From Mobula hypostoma (taxonomy: Eukaryota): a stretch of 64,000 nt of DNA. Made by a program: the position numbers and the translations under genes. Numbering within the stretch: position 1 is the first letter of the stretch; each line of letters begins with the position of its first letter. This document shows, in pieces, positions 24,006 to 37,180 of the stretch. The stretch spans positions 36,458,001-36,522,000 of the forward strand of contig NC_086109.1 of assembly GCF_963921235.1 (NCBI RefSeq), in the 5' to 3' direction. A model generated the notes under the pieces. That model ran no database searches, was not told the origin of the DNA, and saw only the letters and a program-made list of their open reading frames with translations.

Positions 24006-25669
24006 CAGCAATTGTTGGCCATGGTGGATTTAAAATATAGAAGAAAACATCGAACTCGAATGAGTCAAGGACAGTGGAAGCAGACAGATTGATTTTGCTT
24101 AGCGATGGAGGCTGCCATTTTTGTGAAACTGTTTTATGTCCTCCATTTTCTGAGATAAAGTTGCTTGGCTTTCCTTGTTTTAAAATAAACACAATAATGC
24201 TTCAGGTAATCTACTGGACTAGAGATAATATCCAAAGAAGAAGTTATTTGTGAGGTGTTCTTTGATATAATATAACATGCAGGTTTGTGAATGATGAGGG
24301 TTCGTGCCTGCCTGGAGTGATTCAAGCTGAAGAGAACAAACAGCCATTAATTATCACTTGTCACTTGCTAGGAGAGGGCAATAAGAGAATGCTGGCCTGG
24401 AGCAGAGCGAATAAAGGTCAGATACATGACCTAGAGCCAATGACACTGGAATGCAATATTTGAATTGGTAAGGAATAAGTATGAAAGCAGACACTTCAAG
24501 TGTGCTATGAGCGATAACTCTCTCAAGAGACCCAACATTGCAAGGAAGAACTCCCATGCTAGGGGCTTGGAGGAGAAAGGATTGATCATCTGGCCAGCAG
24601 GAGATCCCCTATATTAGTGTTAACAATTGGAAAGTGGTGTGAGTGAGTATTGGTACAAACGGAACAATAGAATTCATGTTCTAAGGTGTTGGCCAAGGGT
24701 CAACTAAGTTATGTTGTTGTTTGTGCAGAGACAATTAAATGTGAGCTCTGATTATTGCAAGTTGCACAGTGAATTTCCCAACCTAGCTCCATTGATGCAC
24801 AGTCAACATAATCATAATTGTACAAATGCAATCATAACAGGAAATTATCCACTTATAATTCATGTCCATAATCACAGTAGAGGAGAGGGAATAGCTTTTA
24901 ATAATGGGATTACTCCTACCTCCAAATTGCTGATGGATTCCTCAGACTTCAAATCAAGATCCCATCTAAGTAATTTGACAGATTCTGAATGTAAGCAATT
25001 AGAGAGAGAAAGTTATTCTACTTTAAAGCCTTCAAATCCCTCCTTGGATACTTCTCTGAAATACATTAAAGATTCAGTGGCAAGATCATACACTTCTATA
25101 GTGATTCAGCAGTTCTGTTGCTCCTGTATCTGAATTAAAGCCTTCCATTTTCTTTCTTCATTCACATACTGATTCTTCTGCATGCTAAAGATGAACATAT
25201 GGCTGTTACTGCCCCTATATACTTTTCAAGTCTGGCCTGGGTTTCCTTTTTTAATTACTGTGCAACAGTTTGAGTGGCATGGGTTAAATGACCCATGCAC
25301 ATAGAGTATATTCCTGAAAGAGTGTTTGCTTTTGTTTCTCCAAGTACAATTATGAATCAATTAAATAGTTTTACAAAATCAGATTCATGGTTGTTTCACT
25401 GCAGCCAACTTTTCATTACCACTGTTTAAAAACGCTGATATTATTCAAATTGTCACGCTATAATTTAGATATTTGGTCCATTAATACAGCCACTCAATAA
25501 ATGACTACAATTGTCAAACACTAACCTCATTTGAATCAAAATATATCCCTGAAAATTATTTGCAAGATCAAAACCATAGCCTTCAATGTTTAACAGAAAT
25601 TATATACAGTATGCTGTTAACCACAACCTCACAATAATTTAAATTATACACAAACTCAGTGCCTCTTTC

Positions 25670-27020
25670 CAAAAGGTAGATAAGGGTAGGCGCAATAGAT
25701 GTTGTCTACTTGGACTTTAGTCAGGTCTTCAATAAGGAACCTGCATAATAGGTTGGCCAGGAGGGTTAGGTTCCATAGAATCCAGGCTGAGCTAGGTCGG
25801 TGGATTCAAAGTTAGCTCAGGGGTGGGAAGCAAAGGGTGATGATTGAAGGTTGTTTCTTGGAATGGAGGCTCGTGATGAGTGGTGAGTCACAGGGATTGG
25901 AATTAGGTCCCTTATTATTCATTATTTATATAAATAATTTAGACATGAATGCACAAGACTTGGTCATGAAGTATTCAGATGACACAAAATTAGGAGATGA
26001 TAGTGAAGAAGTATCAGATTTTGATCAGTTAGGGAAGGTGGCTGAGAAGAGATAAGCGGATTTCAATGCAGATAAGAGTGAAGTGATGCACTTCGGAAAG
26101 TCAAACCAGTGTAGAACTTACATTATTAAAGATAGGATACCGAGAAGTATAATGGAATAAAGGGACGTAAGAGTAAAAGTGCATAATTCATTGATAGCAG
26201 CGTTACAGGTAGAGAAAGTGGTGGAAAAAGCTTTTAGCACACTAGTTTTCATCAGTCATACCACTGAGTATTGGAGTTAGGATATTATTTTGTAATTGAG
26301 CAAGTCATTGGTGAGGCTGCACAAGTAGTACCATGCATGAGTTTAGGCACTCTATTATAGGAAAGTCATCATTAAATTAGAAACAATGCAGAAAAGATTT
26401 ATGTTGCCAAAAGTAGAGGGCCTGATCTATAGGGAGAGGTTGTACAGGCTAGGTAGTGTAGGAGAATAAGGGGAGACGTTAGAGGACTATTTAAAATTAT
26501 TAGAGGCATAGATAAGGTGGCCAATAATGGTCTTATACTCAGGGGAAACCAAAACTAGGAGAAAAAAGATTTAAAAGGGAACAGAGGGGCAACATTTTTA
26601 TGTAGAAGGTGGTGGGTATATGGAATAAACTACCAAAGACATAGCTGAGGCAAATATAATAGTGCCATTTAAGAAACACTTGGGTAGGTGCATGGAGGGT
26701 GGCCCTTAGACGGACATACTGCAGTCCTAACACAGGAAATTGGTTGGCACAGATTTGTACAGATACAAACAAGAGAAAATCTGTAGATGCTGGAAATCTG
26801 AGCAACACGCACAAAATGCTGGAGGAACTCAGCAGGTCAGGCAGCATCTATGGGAAAAAAGTACAGTTGATGTTTTGGGCTGAAGTCCTTTGGCAGGACT
26901 CAACTGTCGACGTTTCGGCCGAAACCTTTCGGCAGTATTGCAGTCGACGTTTCAGGCTGAAACCCTTTGGCAGGACATCAGCAGAGTCCAGGTACCTGTG
27001 TTGTATTACTCTATGAATCC
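25670..27020 (+). mobile_element. Degraded CR1 LINE RT and 3' end
   Basis: DVVYLDFSQVF, SGESQGLELGPLLFIIYINNLD, KYSDDTKLG; CR1-like tail ...ctgtgttgtattactctatg. Confidence 0.85.
26762..26976 (-). mobile_element. Short Penelope 3' stub carrying three tandem hammerhead-like motifs
   Basis: PLE terminus (tctgtagatgctggaaat...tgctggaggaactcagcagg) followed by three units of about 37-40 nt at 26864-26900, 26905-26938 and 26941-26976. Confidence 0.8.
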
Positions 27021-27550
27021 ATGAGTCTGACCTGTGAGTGAATCACGTCAGACAGGTAAATTTTGAGGAACAATGCAAAGGGACACAGATAGGTATAGGC
27101 TGAAAAAAGTTTTCTTGTATTTTGTGTCAAAGTATCTGAAAGGGTTGTGGTGAAGGAATTTGGAACTGTGCAGCAGACATAGTTATTTCAGATGGGTGCT
27201 GGATTTAAAAAGAAGTGCCTGCATTTCTTGTGCATTATAGATTAGTCATGAAAAAAAAACTTATAACTTGCCCTATTTTTATTTACTTTTAACTGCATTG
27301 TGTTGAAGTCAGCAGTGTAATGAAATTTTTATCCTGGAGAATCTTTATACAAATAAGGAGAGTTTGCACTTGGAGTTAGTGATTGACACACGTACTTTAA
27401 CTTCAGCATTATTTTCAGCTCCAAACAATTTCATGAGCTGCTCTACTCATGACAAATTCATTTTAATCAGCAGCATTAATGAGAATAATCTTTTTTCACC
27501 TATTGCTCACTTTTCTGATGTTAGTCTGGCTTGGCTCCCTGTGCAGTTTG

Positions 27551-27762
27551 TTCGGGTACCTGTTCAAACTTGGCTGACATTGTTTGCTTCCTGCTTTAAT
27601 TCCCAGAGCTTATCCTCTGCTGCTAGATATAGATATATGTAGAATTAGAGTGCAATTTTTTCAGGCACCTGCTCAGATTTGGCTGACTTTGTTTGCTTCC
27701 TGCTGTAATTCCCAGAGTTTATCCTCTGCTGCTAGATATACATATACATAGATTTAGTGTGG
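27551..27762. repeat. Tandem duplication, two copies, period about 109 bp
   Basis: ttggctgac(a/t)ttgtttgcttcctgct(t/g)taattcccagag(c/t)ttatcctctgctgctagatata occurs at about 27570 and 27679. Confidence 0.85.
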
Positions 27763-28904
27763 GATTTAAAACAGCTAACCCTCCCCCATCTTAAGAGCAC
27801 CAGAGAAACAAGGAAATCCAGAATGCAAACAGACACTGCAGGTTTAGTAAGAGCTGAGCAGACATCCAACAGAGTGACAGAGCAGTGCCAAACTCCCAGG
27901 TGGCTAATAATTATCATGATAACTTACTTATAGAGCACTTTTCATATAAATAATGTAGTTCAAACATAAAAACTAAAGGCAAAAATTATACTAGTTAAAA
28001 GCAAGATTAAATAAATAAATTAAATTCCAACTTGTGGAATTAACACCATCAATCATAGGTAAGCAGTATCTTGGAATGTAGCAAATGAATTAAGATCAAT
28101 TCCTTCTAAGTAGCTTTAGTTTTACTTACAGAGTACATACAAATCATTTACATTGTGTACTGCTGCACTTTGATTATAAAATTTAGTCATAAACATAAAA
28201 GTACTAAATAGTTATAATTAGAATTAAATAATTTAGAACACGGAATCTCAGTTGCAAACAGAGTGATGAAATCAGATTTAGGGATCCCCAATGGGTGTTA
28301 AAGATCATACAGTAAATGAAGGAGCAAAACTTACAGTATGAAGCTTATCCAATTAAACAACTGTTATTTCAACCATAAGAGGGAGATTGTAGCACAAAAC
28401 AGAGATGAATTCTACAAGCATTCTTTGATATTTGAGTACACGTATCTTGTTTTAACAATATGACAATAACCCTTTGCCACTCCTACCCTGGGAACTTATA
28501 AAATCTCTTTGTTTTAACATGAAAATTATCTCCTACTTGTGCACTGTTCCTCAACATTTTGAAGTTTCTGGTCTGGTGTGACGGTTTGTAGGTGTAGTTG
28601 AAAAATCAAATGAAAGGTTTTCTTTCACTGCCAGCAGATTGAATGAAACTCCTGTCACACTGGGCCAACCACAGTTGTTCATAGTGAGACAGAGAATTTT
28701 ATCAACATCACTGAAGCTGCATTAGGAAGAGTTTTGCCAGCTCTAAATAAAAAACATAACTTTATTCTAAATTATACACTAAATATTTTCGACTCAAAAC
28801 CCTGGCAGTTGTTGTTCAAGTTCAAATTTAGGGGAACAGTCAGGAGATTCTGGCAGCTGCAAGAGACACCAGGATGGTGTGTTGCATTCCAGGTGCTGGG
28901 GCCT

Positions 28905-29655
28905 AGTAAGATCCTTAACAGTGTTGCTGAGCAGAGAGATGGTGCATTCTAAGATCATAGCTCCATGAAAGAGGCTACACTGGTTGTAAGGATAGTTAAG
29001 AAGGCTTAACTATTAGTTATTGCTTTTATTAGTCAAGGCATTGAGTCCAGAAGTCAAGAGACTATGTTGTTACTTTATAAATCTTTGGTTAGGCCACAGC
29101 TGGATTACTGCATACAGTTCTGGCTGGACCACTATAGAAAGGATGTTGAGACTTTGGAGAGGGTGCAGAAGAGGTTTACCAGAATTCTGCCTGGTTTAGA
29201 GAGCATGCACTATCATGAGAGGCTGGACGAACTTGGATTGCTTTGTTTGGAGTTGTGGAAACTGAGGGGAGATCTGATAGGTTTTGTAAGAATATCAGAG
29301 ACATAGATAGAGTAGACAGGAAGTATTTTTCCCTCACAGTAGAAATGTAATACTCGAAGGCATGCATTGAAGGTGAGAGGGGGTCGGTTCAAAGGGGACG
29401 TGATGGGTAAGTTTTTTACTCAGAGAATGGTGGATGTTTGGAATGCACTGCATTCCAGAGGGGAGGAAAATACATTAGAAGCTTTTTAGGGATGTTTAGA
29501 TAGGTACAGAAATATGAAGAGGATAGAAGGATATGAACATTGTGTAGGTAGGAAGGATTTGTTTCTGGGACTTTTTGTTTGACTTTTTGACTGGTTCAGC
29601 ACACCATTGTCGGACAAAGGCCTGTTTATGTGCTGCACCATGCTATGGTCTATGT
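28905..29655 (+). mobile_element. CR1 LINE 3' fragment
   Basis: ORF 29064-29306 LYKSLVRPQLDYCIQFW...LERVQKRFTRILPGL...LRGDLI; tail ctatggtctatg. Confidence 0.85.
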
Positions 29656-29889
29656 TTTCTGTTTAACTATCATTCAACCATGCATGGATACCCATTAATA
29701 CAGTTAAATGAAACAATGTTCTTCCAGGGTCAGGGTGCAAAACAGTACCAACAGTCATACACAGCAGAAGGCAAATGTAGCATTATATACAATGGCAGTA
29801 AATGTATAGTCATAGAGAAAATATAACTTAGCCCAAATTCTTGAGAGGCATGGCGGCAAGAGCAAGTTCTCAACAATCCGCAGACAAAG

Positions 29890-29890
<1 letters not shown>

Positions 29891-29930
<40 letters not shown>
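29891..29930. repeat. (CA)20 microsatellite
   Basis: Read directly from the sequence. Confidence 0.97.
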
Positions 29931-29934
<4 letters not shown>

Positions 29935-32859
29935 ACGTTCTCTTCCACTGAGTGAATAGGGGAGAGCAACATCGATGGGAAGGTCCTGCCTCAATCCAGC
30001 ATGGACACTGCACCAAGTGCCTCCAGCTTGGCCTCTGCTGGGTGACTACAACAGGCAAGCCGCAGCATGAGGCCTAGAATGTGCTACGGCAAAGGCCTAG
30101 CAGCACCCCTGTCATTGGTCTCACTAATAAACTGGGGATGTAATTAGTCAGGTGTTTCTCTCACAGGCTGGTCTAGGCAGCTAACCCCGTATCAAATCCC
30201 TTGGGCATGGCTATTAGTGAAGGAGCAGGTGGCTTTGCCAGTTACAATATTGCCTGAGTGGCTTTCCTCAAAAGGTCTGGAATTTTCATATTCTGTGTCT
30301 TTACACCTGATCGTAGAGAACTCTGTAACTGAACAGAGAGGAGAATGAGTTTGCAGAGGAATCATTCTCCTTGCTGACATTTGCAAGCTGGCAATCAAGA
30401 CCTCACTATCAAATGTAAACAATTCATATACACCCTCTTATGGATCTACTGTCCCATATGTTCTCTCATGGTGTCATGTTTTATGCTCAGTGTGAGATTT
30501 TTTTTAACATGAACCCAAACCAAGTTCTTTCTTTGAAAGTAGTGGCTTGTTCAATTTGTGTCCACTCTGGAAGGTAGGATTTTGGGCATGTGGATTGACA
30601 TCACTTTCTCTACTCATTAATTGAACAAACCTCAAATACTGAAGCCTATCTTAGCCAAAATATCAAAACTTATCACTAACATTTGTTGAAGAGTTCAAGC
30701 CTACCTTGGCTATTGCCTGGGTATCCGAGGCATTGACCTTCCTCTGGGTAGATTCTTTATTTTTCTTTATCCACACTTATTCCTCTCACTCTGCCAATCC
30801 ACCTAAATTATCATCTCAGCCCAATCTTCAACCATTGTCTGCCCTCTCAAGTCTAGCTGCCCACACCCCATCATATCCTCAGTTATCCACTCCATCTTCT
30901 GACCTCTCACGTTGCTCCATCAATCATGTCCTTATCCCCAAACTTGATCAAAATCCTGGACAAAACTTAATCATTTCCTAAGGAAAACTCCAATTATCTC
31001 CACAGCATCACACCCTCCCCACCATTTAATCCATTCAGATCCTCCAAATGTGATCATTTCTTCACCCCATCACTTCTCATCCCTTTCAACCCCGATAGTC
31101 AGCTTCATGTACCACCCACTGTGATCAGCATCAGCCACCCGTCCCATCCTGAGATTTTGCCTGCAGCCTTCTGGCTGTTCTATCTTCCTGGGCTCCCTTG
31201 GTAAAAATCGTTTTCACCACAAACTGCTCCATAACAAACTATTGTAGTTTTTCCTTCAGAACGAAGGTAAATTGTGGAGGAAAAAACCTTTTGCTTCATT
31301 TCATACATCGGGCTTATTCTGCAGTGTAAAATTCCTTGGGCCTCATTTCAGTGAAGTGTTGGGTGTTCGATGCTTTGGCTAAAAATAGCATTCACCTATC
31401 TGCTCTGACCACTTCAATTTATGAAAGCATGCTGAAGGGTTTATAAACCTATTGGCTACTGAAGTGTTGTAAGGCAAAGGAAGCAGAATAATTTGTGAAT
31501 GCCCTTTTTGAAAGACTCTCTCAACTTGTGCAAGGTTTTAATGTGCTGTATGATTGGGAGAATGTAGCCAATGGAAATACTTTGGGAGTCAGCAAATTCT
31601 CCATGGGGTTGATGGGATTGTGGTGCAGACACAGTAGAAGCTTTCTTATGTAAGTCCAGCGAAGAGCTTTAAAATGCAGGAAGCTTTTCAACAGGATTCC
31701 TTGATTGGAGTATGGCACAGGTTCAACAGAAAGTTTCCCATGCAGGTCTGGTGAAGAGCTTTAAAAACCCACTCTCTATAAAAGAGGGGTACCGTCTAGT
31801 GGAGTAGTCATCACGGGAGCGGTCGTCAGATTGGTCTGAGGCAGAGTGGCGAGGTTTTGTTTCAACAGGGCTTCTGCGAGAACAGACACAGGCAAGGTAA
31901 GTAGGTAAGTTTATTCCTTACTTTTTTTTTCTTATTTAACTCTAGAGAAAATAGGGGATATGCCTAAAGGGCCAGTGTTCTGGGTGTCAGATGTGCGATT
32001 TCCAGGAGACTACCTGCCTTCCCAATGGCCACATCTGCATCAGGTGCATCGAGAAGCAACTCCTTAGAGACAGTGTTAAGAAACTGGAGCTGTAACACGA
32101 TGACCTTCGGCTTGTCAGGGAAAGTGAGGAGGTGATAGGCAGGAGCTAAAGGGAGGTAGTCAACCCAAAGACTACAGGAGGCGGATAAATGGGTGACTGT
32201 CAGGAGAGAGAAGGGAGAACATCAGATAGTGGAGATCACCCCTGTGGCTATCTCCCTCAATAATAAGTACTCCATTTTGATTACTGATGGAAGCGGGGGG
32301 GAGCGTACTAGGGGTGGGGGGGGGGCAGGAAACAACAGCGGCCGTGTCTCTGGAATTGAGTCTGGTCCTATAGCTCAGAAGGGTAGAATTGAAGAAGATG
32401 GCAGCAGTAATAGGGGACTCAATAGTTAGGGGGACAGATAGGTGATTCTGTGGATGTCAGAAGAAACACAGATGATAGTTTACTTCTTTCCACATGTCAA
32501 GGTTCACGATGTTTCTGTATGCATCCACAATATCATGAAAAGGGAGGATGAGCAGCTAAAAGTCATGGTATATATTGGTACCAACAACATAGGTAGAAAA
32601 AGGGAGGATGTTCTGAAAACAGAATACAGGGAATTAGGAAGGAAGCTGAGAAGAATCATCTCAAAGATAGTAATCTCAGGATTGCTGCCTGTACCATGCC
32701 ACAGTGAGATAGGAATAGAATGAGGTGGCAGATAAAGGTGTGGCTGAAGAATTGGAGCAAGGGGTAGGGATTCGACTATCTGGATAATTAGGACGTCCTC
32801 TGGGGCAGCTGTGACCTGTACAAAAGGAATGGGCTGCACGAATTGAGGGGGACCAATAT

Positions 32860-34707
32860 TAGAAACATAGAAACATAGAAAATAGGTGCAGGAGTAGGCC
32901 ATTCGGCCCTTCGAGCCTGCACCACCATTTATTATGATCATGGCTGATCATCCAACTCAGAACCCCGCCCCAGCCTTCCCTCCATACCCCCTGATCCCCG
33001 TAGCCACAAGGGCCATATCTAACTCCCTCTTAAATATAGCCAATGAACTGGCCTCAATTGTTTCCTGTGGCAGAGAATTCCACAGATTCACCACTCTCTG
33101 TGTGAAGAAGTTTTTCCTAATCTCGGTCCTAAAAGGCTTCCCCTTTATCCTCAAACTGTGACCCCTTGTTCTGGACTTCCCCAAAATCGGGAACAATCTT
33201 CCTGCATCTAGCCTGTCCAATCCCTTTATGATTTTATACGTTTCAATCAGATCCCCCCTCAATCTTCTAAATTCCAACGCGTACAAGCCCAGTTCATCCA
33301 GTCTTTCTTCATATGAAAGTCCTGCCATCCCAGGAATCAATCTGGTGAACCTTCTTTGTACTCCCTCTATGGCAAGGATGTCTTTCCTCAGATTAGGGGA
33401 CCAAAACTGCACACAATACTCCAGGTGTGGTCTCACCAAGGCCCTGTACAACTGCAGTAGTACCTCCCTGCTCCTATAAATCCTCTCGCCATAAATGCCA
33501 GCATACCATTCGCCTTTTTCACCGCCTGCTGTACCTGCATGCCCACTTTCAATGACTGGTGTATAATGACACCCAGGTCTCGTTGCACCTCCCCTTTTCC
33601 TAATCGGCCACCATTCAGATAATAATCTCTTTTCCTATTTTTGCCACCAAAGTGGATAATTTCACATTTATCCACATTAAATTGCATCTGCCATGAATTT
33701 GCCCACTCACCCAACCTATCCAAGTCACCCTGCATCCTCTTAGCATCCTCCTCACAGCTAACACTGACACCCAGCTTCGTGTCATCCGCAAACTTGGAGA
33801 TGCTGCATTTAATTCCCTCATCCAAGTCATTAATATATATTGTAAACAACTGGGGTCCCAGCACTGAGCCTTGCGGTACCCCACTAGTCACTGCCTGCCA
33901 TTCTGAAAAGGTCCCGTTTATTCCCACTCTTTGCTTCCTGTCTGCTAACCAATTCTCCATCCATATCAAACCTTACCCCCAATACCGTGTGCTTTAAGTT
34001 TGCACACTAATCTCCTGTGTGGGACCTTGTCAAAAGCCTTTTGAAATTCCAAATATACCACATCCACTGGTTCTCCCCTATCCACTCTACTGGTTACATC
34101 CTCAAAAAATTCTATGAGATTCGTCAGACATGATTTTCCTTTCACAAATCCATGCTGACTTTGTCCGATGATTTCACCGCTTTCCAAATGTACTGTTATC
34201 ACATCTTTGATAACTGACTCCAGCAGTTTCCCCACCACCGACGTTAGGCTAACCGGTCTATAATTCCCCGGTTTCTCTCTCCCTCCTTTTTTAAAAAGTG
34301 GGGTTACATTAGCCACCCTCCAATCCTCAGGAACTAGTCCAGAATCTAATGAGTTTTGAAAAATTATCACTAATGCATCCACTATTTCTTGGGCTACTTC
34401 CTTAAGCACTCTAGGATGCAGACCATCTGGCCCTGGGGATTTATCTGCCTTCAATCCCTTCAATTTACCTAACGCCACTTCCCTACTAACATGTATTTTG
34501 CTTAGTTCCTCCATCTCACTGGACCCTCTGTCCCCTACTATTTCTGGAAGATTATTTATGTCCTCCTTAGTGAAGACAGAACCAAAGTAATGATTCAATT
34601 GGTCTGCCATGTCCTTGCTCCCCATAATCAATTCACCTGTTTCTGTCTGTAGGGGACCTACATTTGTCTTTACCAGTCTTTTCCTTTTTACATATCTATA
34701 AAAAGAA
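32860..34707 (-). mobile_element. Young 5'-truncated CR1 LINE (RT, frameshifted)
   Basis: ORFs 33966-34631, 33433-33969 and 32957-33451 (KSPGPDG, PQGSVLGP, KFADD). (TTTCTATG)n tail at 32860-32882. Confidence 0.95.
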
Positions 34708-35269
34708 GGGAAGGTTTACTAGAGCTGTTGGGAGTGGTTTAAACTAATGGCAGAATGATAGAGCTGAGGATGAGCCAGCAGGTTTACAAGTAGATGATGT
34801 GTGTAATGAATGCAAGGAAGGACAAACAATGACTGGGTACAAATGCAGACAGAACAAATAGTTAAACTGCACCACAGCGGCAATATTCAAAAGGGTGAAG
34901 AATGCAGGACTGAAGGTGTTGTATTTAAATGAACATCACGTTCGGAATAAGGTGGACAAACTCGTGGTGCAATTACAGATTGGTTGGTATGACATTGTCG
35001 ACATCACTCAGTCGTGGCTGAAAGAAGGCCATAGTTGGGAACTTAACATCGAAAGATATACGTGGTATTGAAGGAAGACATATGTGGTGGTGTGGCTGTG
35101 TTGGTAAGAGCTATAATTACATCTTTAGAAAGAGAAGACGTAGGATCAGAGAATGTTGAATCTTTGAGGATGGAGTTAAGAAACTGCAAGGGTAAAGAAA
35201 CCATTATGGGAATCATATAAAAAATGCTGGTGAACGCAGCAGGCCAGGCAGCATCTATAGGAAAAGGTA

Positions 35270-35307
35270 CAGTCGACGTTTCGGGCCGAGAACCTTCGTC
35301 AGGACTA
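35270..35307 (-). ncRNA. Minimal type-I hammerhead motif in the inverted pLTR
   Basis: Minus strand AGTC-CTGACGA-AGGTTCTCGGCCC-GAAA-CGTC-GACTG. Core intact; stem II weakened. Confidence 0.7.
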
Positions 35308-37142
35308 ACTGAAAGAAGAGGTAGAAAGAGATTTGAAAGTGGGAGGGGGAGGGCTAGATCCCAAATGATAGGAGAAGACAGGAGGGGAAGGGATGAAGCT
35401 AAGAACTGGAAAGTTGATTGGCAAAAGGGATACAAGGTTGGAGAAGGGAGAGAATCATGGGACGGGAGGCCTAGGGAGAAAGAAAGGGAGAGGGGAGCCC
35501 AGAGGATGGGCAAGGAGTTATAGTGACAGGGGCACCAGTTCCCCTCTACCACCACTCTCCTCCGCCTAGCAGAATTAGTCCTTACTATTAATAATTTCTC
35601 CTTTGACTCCTCCCACTTCCTCCAAACTAAAGGTGTAGCCATGGGCACCCGTATGGGTCCTAGCTATGCCTGCCTTTTTGTTGGCCTTGTGGAAAAATCC
35701 ATGTTCCAAGCCTATATTGGTATCTGTCCCCCACCTTTCCTTTGCTGCATCAATGACTGCATTGGTGCTGCTTCCTGCACGCATGCTGAGCTCGTTGACT
35801 TCATTAACTTTGCCTCCAACTTTCACCCTGCCCTCAAGTTTACCTGGTCCATTTCCGACACCTCCCTCCCCTTTATTGATCTTTTTGTCTCTATCTCTGG
35901 AGACAGTTTATCTACTGATGTCCACTATAAGCCTACGGACTCTCACAGCTACCTGGACTATTCCTCTTCCCACCCTGTCTCTTGCAAAAATGCTATCCCC
36001 TTCTCGCAATTCCTCCATCTCCACTGCATCTGCTCTCAGAATGAGGCTTTTCATTCTAGGATGAAGGAGATGTCCTCCTTTTTTAAAGAAAGGGGCTCCC
36101 CTTCCTCCACCATCAAATCTACTCTCAAATGCATCTCTCCCATTTCACGCGCATCTGCTCTCATCCCATCCACCCGCCACCCCACTAGGAACAGGGTTCC
36201 CCTTGTCCTCACCTACCACCCCACCAGCCTCCTGGTCCAACATATAATTCTCCATAACTTCTGCCACCTCCAACGGGATCCCACTATTAAGCACATCTTT
36301 CCCTCCCCCACCTTTCTGCTTTCTGCAGGGATCGCTCCCTACACGACTCCCTTGTCCATTTGTCCCCCCTATCCCTCCCCACCAATCTCCCTCTCGGCAT
36401 TTATTCTTGTAAGCGGAACAAGTGCTACACATGCTCTTATACTTCCTCCCTTACCACCATTCAGGGCCCTGGACAGTCCTTCCAGGTGAGGCAACACTTC
36501 ACCTGTGAGTCGGCTGGGGTGATATACTGCGTCCGGTGCTCCCGATGCAGCCTTCTATATATTGGTGAGACCCAACACAGGCTGTTCGCTGAACACCTAT
36601 GCTCTGTCCACCAGAGAAAGCAGAATCTCCCAGTGCCCACACATTTTAATTTCACGTCCCATTCCCATTCTGATATGTCTATCCACGACTTCCTCTACTG
36701 TCAAGATGAAGCCACACTCAGGTTGGAGGAACAATATCTTATATTCCGTTGGGGTAGCCTCCAACCTAATGGCATGAACATTGACTTCTCTAGCTTCCCG
36801 ATAATGCCCCACCTCCCCTTCGTACCCCATCCCTTATTTCTCTCTCTCTCTCTCTGTCCCTCCCCCTCACTCTCTCTCTCTCTCTCTCTCTCTCCCTCCC
36901 CCCCCCCATCCCTCTCACTATAACTCCTTTAACTCCTTGCTCATCTTCTGGGCTCCCCTCCCCCTTTCTTTCTCCCTAGGCCTCCCGTTCCATGATCCTC
37001 TCCCTTCTCCAGACTCGTATCCCTTTTGCCAATTAACTTTCCAGCTCTTAGCTCCATCCCTTCCCCTCCTGTCTTCTCCTATCATTTTGGATCTCCCCCT
37101 CCCCCTCCCACTTTCAAATCTCTTACTAGCTCTTCTTTCAGT

Positions 37143-37180
37143 TAGTCCTGACGAAGGGTCTCAGCCCGAAACATCGACTG
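37143..37180 (+). ncRNA. Minimal type-I hammerhead motif in the 3' pLTR (helix III mutated)
   Basis: AGTC-CTGACGA-AGGGTCTCAGCCC-GAAA-CATC-GACTG. The CGTC>CATC change breaks the ACGU palindrome. Confidence 0.6.

Noticed and set aside
24711..25133. 140-aa ORF in unique AT-rich DNA
   Set aside because: No recognisable domain or splice context; compatible with chance.
35043..35648. 201-aa minus-strand ORF, and the related ORFs 4773-5105 and 36937-37293 containing SPDEGSxPETST
   Set aside because: Chimeric reading across non-coding pseudo-LTR. The recurring peptide is simply the hammerhead sequence translated.
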